From positions 9,238,001-9,302,000 of the forward strand of contig JBHGNT010000014.1 in assembly GCA_043228905.1 (NCBI GenBank): DNA of 64,000 nt. The letters are read 5' to 3'. Positions 10,376 to 23,051 of this stretch are shown here, in pieces; within the stretch, counting starts at the first letter, position 1, and each line of letters opens with the position of its first letter. The translations under genes were made by a program, and so were the position numbers. The notes below the pieces were generated by a model. The model saw only the letters and a list, made by a program, of their open reading frames with translations. It was not told the origin of the DNA and made no database searches. This DNA is from Azolla caroliniana. Its lineage: Eukaryota; Plantae; Polypodiophyta.

Positions 10376-10875
10376 AGGCAAACGAGATCTGCTATATATA
10401 ATATAGAGTCAAACCATTTGGTTTTTGACGAAGATAATGCACTGATTGGTACATCCGAGGAGGACGAGGAATCGTCATTGTATATTAGTTATAGTAGTGA
10501 TTCTCCGTAAAGGAGTGATCATAAATGTATTTTTGGTTATTAAGTGTAACTACATTCCGCTTGTAACAAATCGAGTAATATAAAAGCATGTGTTTTGAAT
10601 TCTTATGATTTCTAAAAAATCGTTTCTTATAAAATAACATTGGTTGTAAAGTTTGTGATATAAATTGAGAATGTAACTTTTTGAAAATTCTCTTTTTTTA
10701 TTTACTTCTAAATCACGAAAATAGTGGATTTTAAACCTTTTTCATAGTATATTTGAACATGAATGATACTAGTATCAATGTGTTTTGTAAAATCATTGAA
10801 AAACCCCTAAAATCAACCAAAATATTCCTTAACTTCCATTTATGCGCGATCCTTCCACTTGTGAACGCGAACATG

Positions 10876-11670
10876 TTGCCTTTAGCATCTAGCCGTCCAA
10901 TCGATATCAGATTCAATCTGACATCTAGAACATGGTGGACATCCTTCAATGTTAACCTACAACCAGTAGATGTTACCAAACACACATTTCCTATGCCCAC
11001 AATCTTGCATTCACCATCATTTCCCATCCTTATGTAGCCATAGTCACCCGCTCTGTAAGATGAGAAACATTCTCTTTTGGGAGTTAGGTGGAATGATGCA
11101 CCGGATTCCACTACCCATGAGCACTCAACATTTGCAAGATTCACACTTGCGCACAGATAAATAACATATCTTCCTCACTAGTTGCAATGGATGAGGTGTT
11201 TTTATCATCAGAAATTTTTCTGGGTTCAACGTCATCAGCCATGCCTTTGTCCTTTCTAAGGTGTCGACAATTCTTTTGGAAGTGACCAAGCTTCCCACAA
11301 TAGAAGCATGTAGGTCTTCCTCTGGACTTCGACCTTCCATAAAACTTATCTCCATTTTCTGAACTTCTATGTTCTCTTCTTCCTCTACTAAGTTCTTGGG
11401 TCACATTAGCTTCCGATTGAGACAAGGCACTTTTATCGTTTCTTCTTGTTTTTTCATTTAGAATACTTGTTTTTTCTACTTGTAAAGATAGGTTGTCTTC
11501 TTTACATGACGTACTGAGTGTCACTATTAGGTTTTCCCAACTGTTAGGCAAAGTACATAGTAGTAGTGTGGCCTGCATAACATCATCTAAAGGAAGCTTC
11601 ACTGATGCTAACTAGTTTACCAACCCCATGAAGGTACTAATGTGCTCTACTATACTCTCCCCATCTACGT
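10876..11670 (-). mobile_element. Ty1/Copia fragment (gag C-terminus, zinc knuckle, protease), frameshifted
   Basis: LLCTLPNSWE, CFYCGKLGHFQKNC, WVVESGASFH, RLNLISIGRLD. Related to the Copia at 48600-50640. Confidence 0.9.
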
Positions 11671-12645
11671 TGCCGTGAAGATTTTCGGCAACGGTGTGAA
11701 AATTGTGTGCAACGAACGAAATCGAGAAAGTGCAATTTGCACGTGTGAAAGGGGTGAAGGCTACACGCATATGCTAGCATGTTGTAAATAGGACTGAAAT
11801 GAGAATCGTAAAAGAAAAGCTAGATGTAAAGTTAAACATGTGCATGTGTGATGTGTGCTCAATTGTAAATATAAAAATAAGACTAAAGCCTAGTAACATT
11901 TAAGTGCATACATAGGGGTGGAAACAATGCTTGCACCTTGCACTTCCAAGATAGGAGACATATTAACTTACCACTAAAGCCACTACTGAGTGCTTTAGAA
12001 ATTGTATATTTTCTTTTCATATTTAGTATTTTGTAGGAAGCAAACATATAGAAACCGTGGGCGCAAAACCATTGTTTTAGCCCATGGTTTTAGGTTGTGG
12101 TTTTAGCCCATGGTTTTTGCATGGTGAGACCTATAAAAGTCTATAGTTGGGCTTGTGTAAGGGAGGCAAGTGATGTAAGTAAAAAAGAAACTTTTAATCA
12201 AAGATCAGAGTTATCCTAATGGTGATGTATCTTGTCTTGTAAAACTAAAGTCAAGGGTTCAATCTCTATCTCTATCTCTCTCTCTTCATCCATCTATCTT
12301 CAATACTTTCTCGCTTACGCTACTAAAAACATTGAATCCTTGTGGTCCACTACTAAAAACATCGAATCCTTCCGGTCTAGTACCTCAGTGGTCCCGCTTC
12401 ATTTTGCGAACATGCGAGGATTTCCTCGACATCTTACTTGGTGAACCCGACGTGAAGAAGCGGTAGGAAGGATCAAGATGAGGATCGACCAATACTTGGA
12501 GATGGCATCCTCAAGCAATCAAGTGGGAGAGTTCGAAAGAATGATGATAATCTTCGAACAAATGATGAGATCTCGGGAAGACAATGTGAGCCTGGAGAAG
12601 GTCGTCAACCGTGTCGTGGAGGTTGAGGGTCAAGTTGATGGAAGG
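11671..12645 (+). mobile_element. Truncated Phygy-like Gypsy element D: 5' LTR (~11671-12431), tRNA-Trp PBS (12439-12456) and gag start
   Basis: TGCCGTG...TCGACA; PBS TGGTGAACCCGACGTGAA; gag start ERMMIIFEQMM...VVEVEGQVDG is similar to elements A-C; ACGT lies immediately upstream. Confidence 0.8.
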
Positions 12646-13392
12646 TGTCATGGACATGACAATAGTCATGTCATGATTCGAACTCTTAACCTATTGTATT
12701 TAATCGATAAGTTTTAACCAATACATCCGATACATAATCATGTTACCTTTCTAGATTATTGTAGATTATCTATTCTAAATGATTGAGCTACCAACAAGAT
12801 CATTGGGTTGACCTCCAACCCTTGGTAGAGTTCACATATAATAATAATACGCTACATGGTTTAATTGGGGTCACCCCATTTTTCGCCAACTATGGTTTCC
12901 ATCATTGCTTCAGTATTCCATTGCTGGAAACTCTATCAACCCGTCAGCGGAAGGACGTGCTCGTATTTTAGCCGACATTAATCAAGACCCCTCTCCCTCG
13001 AACTCATCCTTGCAAGGGACCAGTATAAAGCGCAAGCTGATCGACATCGTTCCGCTACACCCGCCTTTGCAGTTGGTGATCATGTTTTGCTCTTACGTCA
13101 CCATGTCGATAGTACTCGACCTTTAGGAAAGTTGGATTACAAGAAGTTGGGGCCTTTTTGCATCATTGAGTGTGTCAATCCCGTCACTTTCCGGTTGCAA
13201 CTTCCTCCACATTTCCGGATTCATAATGTCTTCCATGCCTCTCTTCTCGAACCTTATCATCCATCCACTAATCCTGGAAGACACTCTCCACCTCCACCTC
13301 CACCTCCAATTGAGCTTTCCATATGTGAGGAGCATGAGGTCGACCAGATTCTGGACTCTCGTTGGCATCGACGACAACTTCAATACTTAGGC
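12646..13392 (+). mobile_element. Tcn1-like remnant: first ~135 bp of an LTR fused to the integrase C-terminus and chromodomain
   Basis: Starts TGTCATG. SYQQDHWV..EFTYN, LGPF, HNVFHASLLEPY, HEVDQILDSR. Confidence 0.85.
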
Positions 13393-15402
13393 TGCTGAGA
13401 ATCAAGCTCAACTTGGTCTAGTGTGTGAACTCACCTTGAGAGTGAAGAGACACTCCAACGATCAAGAGTCACCATTATGTCACCACTTTGTATTCTAGCA
13501 TTTAGTATGAGTCATAGAATCATATTCTATGACACATAACTTATGAGCTTTCACATTCCCCATGCTCCATGAGGCTTGTAGTTAATGAAGAGAGAGGGTG
13601 ACTACATAAAGCACCCTCCTCCCACCTTGTATAATGTTGAGTCTTTCTCCTTTGTCAATATACTTTTACCTTGCGTATTCTCTATGTTTCTGTCTCTCTC
13701 TCTCTTACACACACACATAACTCACATCTCTTCCGCATCACAAGAATCCATCTCTTGATTCTTTACATGGTATCAGAGCGAGGTTGGTAGCTCGATCTAG
13801 CCCATTCGCCTCATCGTGATCGTGTGTTGTGCTCTATGCCGACGACCAAGAACCGGCTCATAACTATCGTAGTTTCGCTACATAGCTCGCATTCAAAGAG
13901 AGAAGAAGAAGAAGAAGAATCGACATAATGAATACTCAAATGGGGAGCGCTCTCCCTACCGAGAAGTTGGATCGAAACAACTTCGCATCTTGGGAGTACA
14001 AGATGCACCAATACCTTGTCAGACAAGGCTATTGGAGCTACATCAAAGGAGCGCATGAAGACCGACCCGCCGAAGCGGCTCCTAGATACGTGACATGGGA
14101 GCAAGCCGCAAGCCGCATGATGTATTGTTTGGCGATATGTGTTCACGACCACATGCTCGGAGTCAGAAGGCCACATGCTCTACATGCACTCTAATGGAGG
14201 AAGAGGACACAGACGAGCGAGAGGCCGATTCGGCCAAGGACAAGGCGGACGAGGTCCGACCTACGACAACAACTCCCAATTTCGGCCGCAAAACGGAGGC
14301 CAACGAGGAACCTTCGCAAGAAGGGAGAGCTTCCACTCCGGCCCGAGCCATCAAAACGTAACCGAATGTGGATATTGCGGAAAGCTCAGCCGCCACGAAG
14401 AAGAGTGCCGAAAGAAGATGCGTGAATCGGTTTCCACAAGCCGACAACTCACAAATTACGCACACAACTCCGACTATGAACATCGTGGCAGAATGTATGA
14501 ACACAACTCCGACCATGGCGAAATGTACGGGCACAACTCCGACTACGAAGATTGTGGCAGAATGTATGCGCACAACTCCGACTGTGGCGGAATGTTCATG
14601 ATGAAACATAGAGCAAACTCTATGTCGGCCGCTACCTCAACTAGTGCCTCCGGTCCGGAAGATGTATGGTTCGTCAATTCTGGTGCCTCGAACCATATGA
14701 CATCGCATCAAGAATGGTTCCGAGAACTTCGAGAGTCGAACCGACCCGGCTATGTCGAAACCGGAGATGACACTACACACCCGATTCGGCACATTGGCAA
14801 TGTTCCGTTCCGAAAAGAAGGTAAGCAAAATTACATTAAAAATGTCTTTCATGTACCGACCATTACGAAGAATTTGGTCTTCGTCGGCCAAATTGTAGAG
14901 CAAGGGATGCAAGTTCGATTTAATCAAGGCGGTTGCTTCATCGAAAAAGAGGGCCGACTCATCGCACGCGGACGAAGAGAGGGCCGGATGTTCATTCTCG
15001 ATTCATGCGAGATGAAATCCGCCATGTTCGCGAAAAACACGAAAGCCTACTCCGACATAGAGCTATGGCACAAGCGAATGGGCCACATCAATCTCAACAA
15101 ACTCAAAGCAATGAAATCGAAAGGAGTCGTCATCGGACTCCCGACATTCAAAGAGAAGGATATTGAAGGTGTATGTAAAGCGTGCCAATTCGGCAAGCAA
15201 CACCGACACCCATTCCCGAAAGAGTGGAACTTGAGCAAAGGTCTACTCGACGTAGTCCATTTCGATGTATGGGGACCGGCGCAGACGGCTACATTCGGCG
15301 GATGCCGATATTACGTTGTCGTAGTGTATTCCACACAATACGTGAAAACCATAAAATAATATATCCGAATTTAGATACATATAAATAAATAAATAATATA
15401 TC

Positions 15403-15490
15403 AAAAGAATTTATCACGTGCATAGGGCAAGATTCGAACCATGCACCTCCTCATAGATAAACCCCAACTTTACCATTGTAATAACTTATC
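15403..15490 (-). promoter_or_regulatory. tRNA-like Pol III module in LTR A (second copy at ~29028-29115)
   Basis: TATTACAATGGTAAAG ... AGGAGGTgcat GGTTCGAATC ... TTTT. Confidence 0.6.
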
Positions 15491-16057
15491 TTTAGTGTTA
15501 TAAATATAGATTTAATACATATAAGACCTTTATTTACACATACCTTTATTAAAAGGTAAAAATCATGTATTCTTTAGAGTGTGAATATTTTATTTACACG
15601 TGACATTAAAAGTGACTCATGCACATCTAGCGTGCACGAGCCCTATATTTAGGAAATGACAAAACATCACATGCACATTTAGTGTGCATGGGCACTTTAG
15701 GTGAAAAAGCATGAAGCCATGCTTAGCCTCTTCCATCTTTATATAAGGAGGAGAAAAATATGTATATGGTTGTTGATTAATATACAAGGTTGGATCAATC
15801 TAATATATTCGTGGGATTCACGAATTTTGCCATCTAATTGCTCTTATAATCTAAATATTGTTTTAATTACACTAAACTCGTGGGATTCACGAGATTGCTA
15901 TCTTACTTCTCTTTCCACTATTCATATCTAGCCTTAAGTTGTATTCCTCTTCCTCCTAGTCAAAAACCTCGGCGGTTCCCACCCGACTCACGCAACGATC
16001 CGGAGCCGAAGGGCACGACACAGTTGGTGAACCCGACGTGAAAACGGGTGGCAAGGA

Positions 16058-18098
16058 GATGGAAAATCAACCGGAGGCTAGCAACATGATGATGATGTTG
16101 GAGCGCATGCTACAAGAACAACGCGCGATGTCGGAGATAGCGGCCTCAGTGGAGCGGCTCGTGCAACGAAACGGGCAATTCAACGGGAAAGACGTGTCGC
16201 GGTATCTTCAGGATTACAAGGCGGAGATGCTACGGTGCGGAATATCGGAAGGACTGCAAGTGACGTCCTTCAACCGGGTGGCGACCGACGGGCTTCAAGT
16301 AAGCATCCATGGGCTACGACAGCAAAATCCGACATGGGAGGCGTTTGAAGTAGAGCTAAAGAGGATGTTCGCCATCGAGGATTCCTCCAAGGCGACGCGA
16401 AGGGGATTCGAAGATTGGGTGGAGACGCCGGACAAGGGATTGAAGGTCGTTGATGTGTTTTCGGCATTCGAAAGCCGGTTCGGGAGGTTATCCGCGAGAG
16501 ATCAAGCTATCCTCGTACCGGACAAGGTGATCATGTTCTTGCGAGCCGTGGACGTCCGGGACCGGAACGATGTCGGAGTGCTCTTGGAGGACACGACCAC
16601 GGAGAGCGGCCTCACCGAAACATGGGAAAGCGTGTGGGATATCGTCGCGCGATACACGAAGAGGGGGCAATGGCTTGCCGACGAGGAAAAGAGGGTTTCG
16701 GAACTGATTCCGAAACCGAGAACCGGATTGGAAGACCATCAACTGAGGGCTCGAGAGACTACAACCGAGAAGGGGATTGATGCACCTACGGTGGAGCAAC
16801 TATTGAAGGAGATGGAGAATCTGAAGATCGCGATGGTGAAGAAGTCGGATGACCGCCCCACAAGCTCCAAGTATACGGACCGACGGTGCATATGGTGCGA
16901 TAGCGCCGAACACGATCGGAGGGATTGCGACGAGCATAAGGAGGCGCTACGGCGGGATCTCATCTACTACAAGGGAAACCGGATTCATTCGATGGACTCT
17001 CGGAAGCCACTCCGACCGAACTTCCGGAAAGCTGGCATGAAGAAGGTGCTCGAGGAGGAATTGGCGGCGAGAAGCAACTATGCGACAACCGCGGGAATAT
17101 GTGTCGGGGAGTCATCGAGAGCAAAGACGTCTTTTTGGCTGGAAGTTCTAGAAAACACCGAGAAAACCGACTCCAACGAGATCCGAAGCACCGCGGAAGG
17201 CGTCCGGGGAGCTACGGGATGGGAGTGCCCTGTCGACAAGAATAGCGTATACGCCCTGTGTCAATTGCATAAGGTGTATGTGGACGAGAAACGACGACGA
17301 ACGGAGGATGCGGCCGGTCCATCGAAGATACCGGAAAGCTGGAACTCCGGAGGTAAGGGAAAAGAAAAGGCGACTCCGGCATTCAAGCTCGCCTCGGACA
17401 TAGAACAACAAACCGACTTGAAAAAAGTGTTCGAGGAAAGAATCTTGGATAGCCGGGTAGATTTCTCGCTTCGGGAGCTACTCGGAATAGCAAAGGAGTT
17501 CCACGATCTTCTCGTAGATCTCGTGAAGCGAAAAAGACAAAGTACGGAGGAAAATGCTCCAAGGGTGAATGCCAACACCGTTTTAATGAACGACACCGAA
17601 GTGGAGGACGAAATTCCGAACTCCCACTATACAAGGCCACATTGGGCACGCGCGACTACGGAAACTCCGGTCCGAATCGGCAACATCAAAGAAACCGTGC
17701 TAGCATTGATTGATCACGGATCGGAGATCAACTTGATATCCAAGGAGTTCTACCGGAAGGGGAAGTGGCCTATTAATACCAACCATGGATGGAAGATTCG
17801 GGCGGCCACCAAAGCAACGGAAGATCTATTTGCGGCTTGTCCGGATGTGACGGTGAAGATCGGGGATGTCGAGATTGACCAAAATTTCTTCGTGCAAGAT
17901 GAGGTTTCACATTCCGTCATCCTCGGCCAACCCTTTATCACGGCATCACGGATGGAGACGAAGGTGGTCGATAGCGGTGCAGCTTTTGCGCGAATTCGGA
18001 GCCAAAACGGTGGGAAATCTATCCAATTCCTAACGGTGCCGGCAAATCACGAAAGGAACAAGAGGGAACTCTTGTCCCAAGTGAGGATGGATTTTTAA
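16058..18098 (+). CDS. gag: Gag-protease of element A
   Basis: Open ORF with a CIWCDSAEHDRRDC knuckle and protease motif LIDHGSEIN. Confidence 0.9.
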
Positions 18099-20347
18099 AG
18101 CGGACTGTTGCGGAGTGGGGAAGTGATAGTCCGAGAAGCCCTGATACCCCACACAGGAAGAAAACTCTCGGAGCAAAACATGTACGAATCGGTCCGGATG
18201 GGGCATCTACGTACACGACCGTAACCGGAGGATTGAAGAAAGGATACCGACAAGTGGAGGATAAGTTGCGGTTGGCATCAATAATAAAAGAAGATGAAGA
18301 AATCGTGGGGATAGTCGAGGAAGTGTTCTATGGGAGCACGCTACAACGACTTGAAGACCTTGCGGAAGATAAAAGTCAAGGGAACCGGGTAGTCCCGGTG
18401 GAATCGGTCGAGATGTAAGAGATCATTGCGAAAATGGAGCCGGATACGCTCCGTAAAGAAGAAGCAATGGTAAGTACGAAATACAAGACCGTGGAGAAGA
18501 AGGTGAAACCGGCCGCGGGACCACTACCCGCCGATAGCGAACAAAAGAGGAAAGAAGTCTCGGGAGATCCGACACTTCGGAAGTCCATGGATATCGGACA
18601 TGCCTTCACGGATGAGACCCGGAAGAAACTTCGGATCGGTGGAGGTGGGTTCCTATTACAGAAAGAAGAAGAACGGTTTCGCGAGATGTTGGAGCAACAC
18701 GGCAAAGCGTTTGCATTTACATCAAGGGAGATAGGGTGCGTTGATCCGAGAATAGTGGAGCCGATGGTGATCTTTACGATTGACCATGTACCGTGGAATC
18801 TGAAGCCGATTCCGGTGCCACGAGCGCATATTCCGAAAGTCATTGACTTGCTCAAGGAGAAGGTGGCGATGGGGATTCTAGAGCCATCAACTGCTCCGTA
18901 CTCAAATCGATGGTTTACGGTTCCGAAGAAGAATGGGTCACTCCGATTTATCCAAGACTTGCAACCGGTGAATAAGGTCATGATCCGGAACTCGGGAGTC
19001 GGTCCGATAGTGGACGAATTTGCGGAAGCTTTTGCCGGTCGTGCGATATACTCCATCGGAGACCTATACTCGGGGTATGACCAATTCCAACTAGCCGTGG
19101 AGAGCCGAGACATCACAACCATGCGAACACCGATAGGATTAGTTCGAATGTGCACACTACCACAAGGAGCGACAAACTCGGTTGCTCATATGATGAACGC
19201 GATGAACAAGGTGCTTCGAGACTGCATTCCGGAGATAACGATGCCGTTCCTCGATGACATTCCGATGAAAGGATGCGCGGTCGAAGAAAAAGATGAGACT
19301 ATGGATGATCGGGGATGCCGAAAGTTCGTGGTCGACCATATTCATGCATGCGAGAAAGTGTTGCGAAAGCTAGAAGATGTGCACCTAACACTTTCCGGGG
19401 AGAAATCGGCATTCGGGCAAGAAGAAATATTGGTGGTCGGACATCTATGTGGGCCCTACGGCCGAAGATCGTCACCAACAAAGATCGATGCGATTCAAGC
19501 TATGGAGGCAGTATGCGAGTCAACATCCGAAGTCCGAAGGTTTCTCGGTGCATGTGCATTCTATCACATATGGATTCCGCACTATGCACATATAGCGGAC
19601 CCGCTCTACCACTTGTTGCGGAAAGGTAAGAAATTCGAATGGAAACTGGAACACACCAAAGCCATGAAGAAATTGAAGAAGACACTTCGGAGGGCGGAAG
19701 CACTTAAGAAGCCGAGCTACGACCGACCGATCATAGTAACGGTTGATACAAGTCCAACCGGTATCGGGTGGGTCATCAATCAAGCCGACTCGGATGGTTC
19801 GCGGTATCCGATCCGATTCGGAGCAAAGGTTCTCAACGAAAGGCAACGTAGATATGCACAAGTCAAAAGAGAACTGTGGGGAGTCGTGTCGGCGATAAAA
19901 TCGGATCGGGATTATTTGATCGGAGCCGAAGTGGTGATCGAGACGGATTGTCTTCCGATACTCGGGATGATGCGGCGTTGTACGATACCAGATGTAGCTA
20001 TGCTAAGGTGGGTTGCATATGTCAAGTCGCTTAATCCGGAGGTTCGACACATCTCGGGGAAGGAAAACGCGGTAGCAGATATGTTATCAAGGGCTCGGTT
20101 CGGAGACGACATAACCGAATCGGATAATGAAGAAGTTTCCGAAGACTGCTTCGCGTCGGAGCACATATGCCGAGTCAACGTTGTCGTAGTGTAAGTTGCA
20201 CACTATGTGGAAATTATATTTTTGTCCCTTCGGATAGAGAATGGAGTGCTCGGTGAGAACCGGAAGAAAACGGCATACCGACAAGGAGGAAAACGGCATA
20301 CCGGCAAGGAAGAAAACGGCATACCGGCAAAGAAGAGACATAAATGT

Positions 20348-20445
20348 AAAAAAAAAAGGAAATACTCACTACTGCGCAGGGCGTGATTCGAACTCTGCAC
20401 CTCCACGTTGACAAACCCCAACCTTACCATTACATTAAATTATCT
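20348..20445 (-). promoter_or_regulatory. tRNA-like Pol III module in LTR B (second copy at ~26806-26903)
   Basis: TAATGTAATGGTAAG ... GAGGTgcag AGTTCGAATC ... T10 run. Confidence 0.6.
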
Positions 20446-21010
20446 TAAGTGTTTTAAATATAGATTTAATATGTATAAGACCTTTATTTATGCATACCTT
20501 TATTAAAAGGTAAATCGTGTATTTTTTTAATATATGAAAAAGAAAAAACACGAGACACTAAAAATAACTCATGCACATCTAGCGTGCATGAGCCCTATAC
20601 TTAGGAAATAAAAAAGCATCACATGCACATTTAGTGTGCATGAACATATGAGAAAAAGCATGTAGCTATGCTTAGTCTCTCCCATCACTATATAAGGATG
20701 GGGAGCACATTGTAGTTGTTGTTGATTTTTTTTGGATTAAGAATTAATCAATACAAAAATTATTCGTGGGATTCACGATTTATACATCTACTTCTCTCTT
20801 GACACCCTAAGTACCAATTAATATAGTATACTCGTGTGATTCACGAGTTTCTTATCTTTCTCTTGCTATTTACTCATAATTAATCTCTATCTCACGAACT
20901 TCTTTCTCCTAGTCCAAGACCTCTGTGGTTCCCACCCGACTCACGCAACGATCCGGAGCCGAAAGGCACGACACAGTTGGTGAACCCGACGTGAAGACGG
21001 GTGGCAAGGA

Positions 21011-23051
21011 GATGGAGGCTCAACAAGCTAACAATATGATGGCGATGTTCGAACGGATGCTTCAAGAACAACGCACGATGTCGGAGATTTCGGCATCAGT
21101 AGAGCGGCTCGTGCAACGCAACGGGCAATTTAATGGTAAGGATGTGTCGCGATATTTGCAGGACTACAAGGCGGAGATGCTCCGGTGCCGGGCTTCGGAA
21201 GGACTGCAAGTGACATCCTTTAACCGGGTGGCGACCGACGGGCTTCAAGGGAGTATCCACGGGTTGCAACAACAAAATCCGACGTGGGAAGCATTCGAAG
21301 AAGCGTTAAAGACCACGTTTGCCATCGAGGACTCCTCCAAGGCAACGCGGAGGGGATTCGAGGATTGGGTGGAAACGTCAGGTAAGGGGCTGAAGGTCCT
21401 CGAAGTGTTTTCGACATTCGAAAGTCGGTTCGGGAGGTTGTCCGCGAGAGATCAAACTATTCTTGCACCGGACAAAGTCATCATGTTTTTGCGAGCTGTG
21501 GACGTCCGGGACCGGAAAGATCTCGGAGTGCTTCTTGAGGACACGACCACCGAAAGCGGCCTCACCGAAACATGGGAAAGCGTGCGGGATATCGTCGCGC
21601 GGTACACGAAGAGGGGGCAATGGCTTGCCAACGAAGAAAAGAGGGTTTCGGAACCGATTCCGAAACCGAGTACGGGACTGGAAGACCATCAACCGAGGGC
21701 TCGGGAGATTACGGCCGAGAAGGGAGTCGACGCGTCTACGGTGGAGCAGCTGCTGAAGGAGATGGAGAATCTAAAGATCGCGATGGTGAAGAAGTCGGAT
21801 GACCGCCCCACAAGCTCCAAATATACGGATCGACGGTGCATATGGTGCGATAGCGCCGAACACGATCGGAGGGATTGCGACGACCATAAGGAGGCGCTAC
21901 GACGGGATCTCATCTACTACGAGGGAAACCGGATTCATTCGATGGACTCTCGGAAGCCACTCCGACCGAACTTCCGGAAAGGCGGCATGAAGAAGGTGCT
22001 CGAGGAGGAGTTAGCGGCAAGAAGCAACTATGCGACAACCGCGGGAATATGTGTCGGGGAGTCATCGGGAGCGAAGGCGTCTTTCTGGTCGGAGGTGCTA
22101 AGAAACACCGAGAAAACCGACTCCAACGATATCCGAAACACCGCGGAAGGCGTCCGGGAAGCTACGGGATGGGAGTGCCCTGTCGACAAGAATAGCATAT
22201 ACGCCCTATGTCAATTACATGAGATGTATGTGGACGAGAAACAACGGCGCACGGAGGATGCGACCGGACCATCGAAGATACCGGAAAGCTGGAACTCCGG
22301 AGGTAAGGGAAAAGAAAAGGCGACTCCGGCATTCAAGCTCGCCTCGGACATAGAACAACAAACCGACTTGAAAAGAGTGTTCGAGGAAAGAATCTTGGAT
22401 AATCGGGTAGATTTTTCGCTGCGGGAACTACTCGGAATAGCGAAGAAGGAGTTTCACGATCTTCTCGTGGATCTCGTGAAAAGGAAGAGACAAAGTACGG
22501 AGGAAAATGCTCCAAGGGTGAATGCAAATACCGTTTCAATGAACGACACCGAAGTGGAAGGCGAAATTCCGAACTCCCACTATACAAGGCCACACTGGGC
22601 ACGTGCGACTACGGAGACTCCGGTCCGAATCGGCAACATCAAAGAACCCGTGCTAGCATTGATTGATCACGGATCGGAGATCAACTTGATGTCCAAGGAG
22701 TTCTACCGGAAGGGGAAGTGGCCTATAAACACCAACCATGGATGGAAGATTCGGGCAGCCACGAAAACGACAGAAGACCTATTTGCGGCTTGTCCGGATG
22801 TGACGGTAAAGATCGGGGATGTCGAAATTGACCAAAATTTCTTTGTGCAGGATGAGGTTTCACATTCTGTCATCCTCGGCCAACCCTTTATCACGGCTTC
22901 ACGGATGGAGACGAAGGTGCTCGATAGTGGTGCGGCTTTTGCGCGAATTCGGAGCCAAAACGGAGGGAAATCCGTCCAATTCCTAACGGTGCCGGCAAAT
23001 CACGAAAGGAACAAGAGGGAACTCTTGTCCCAAGTGAGAATGGATTTTTAA
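21011..23051 (+). CDS. gag: Gag-protease of element B
   Basis: Open ORF closely similar to the gag of A; zinc knuckle; LIDHGSEIN. Confidence 0.92.

Larger units (their letters stand above)
1..10875 (+). mobile_element. Degenerate Sola-like (Sola1-related DD[D] transposase) DNA transposon; left end outside the window, right end at about 10860-10880 where it abuts a Copia protease fragment
   Basis: Transposase remnants at 2205-3014 and 8770-10375. AT-rich subterminal sequence at 10510-10870 switches abruptly to Copia coding sequence. No TIR pair or TSD can be seen because the left end is not in the window. Confidence 0.55.

Noticed and set aside
10878-10890. Kolobok-like terminus (CTAAAGG on the minus strand)
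   Set aside because: This stretch aligns with Copia coding sequence (DAKGNM vs DDEGYT at ~50182), so it is not a transposon end.
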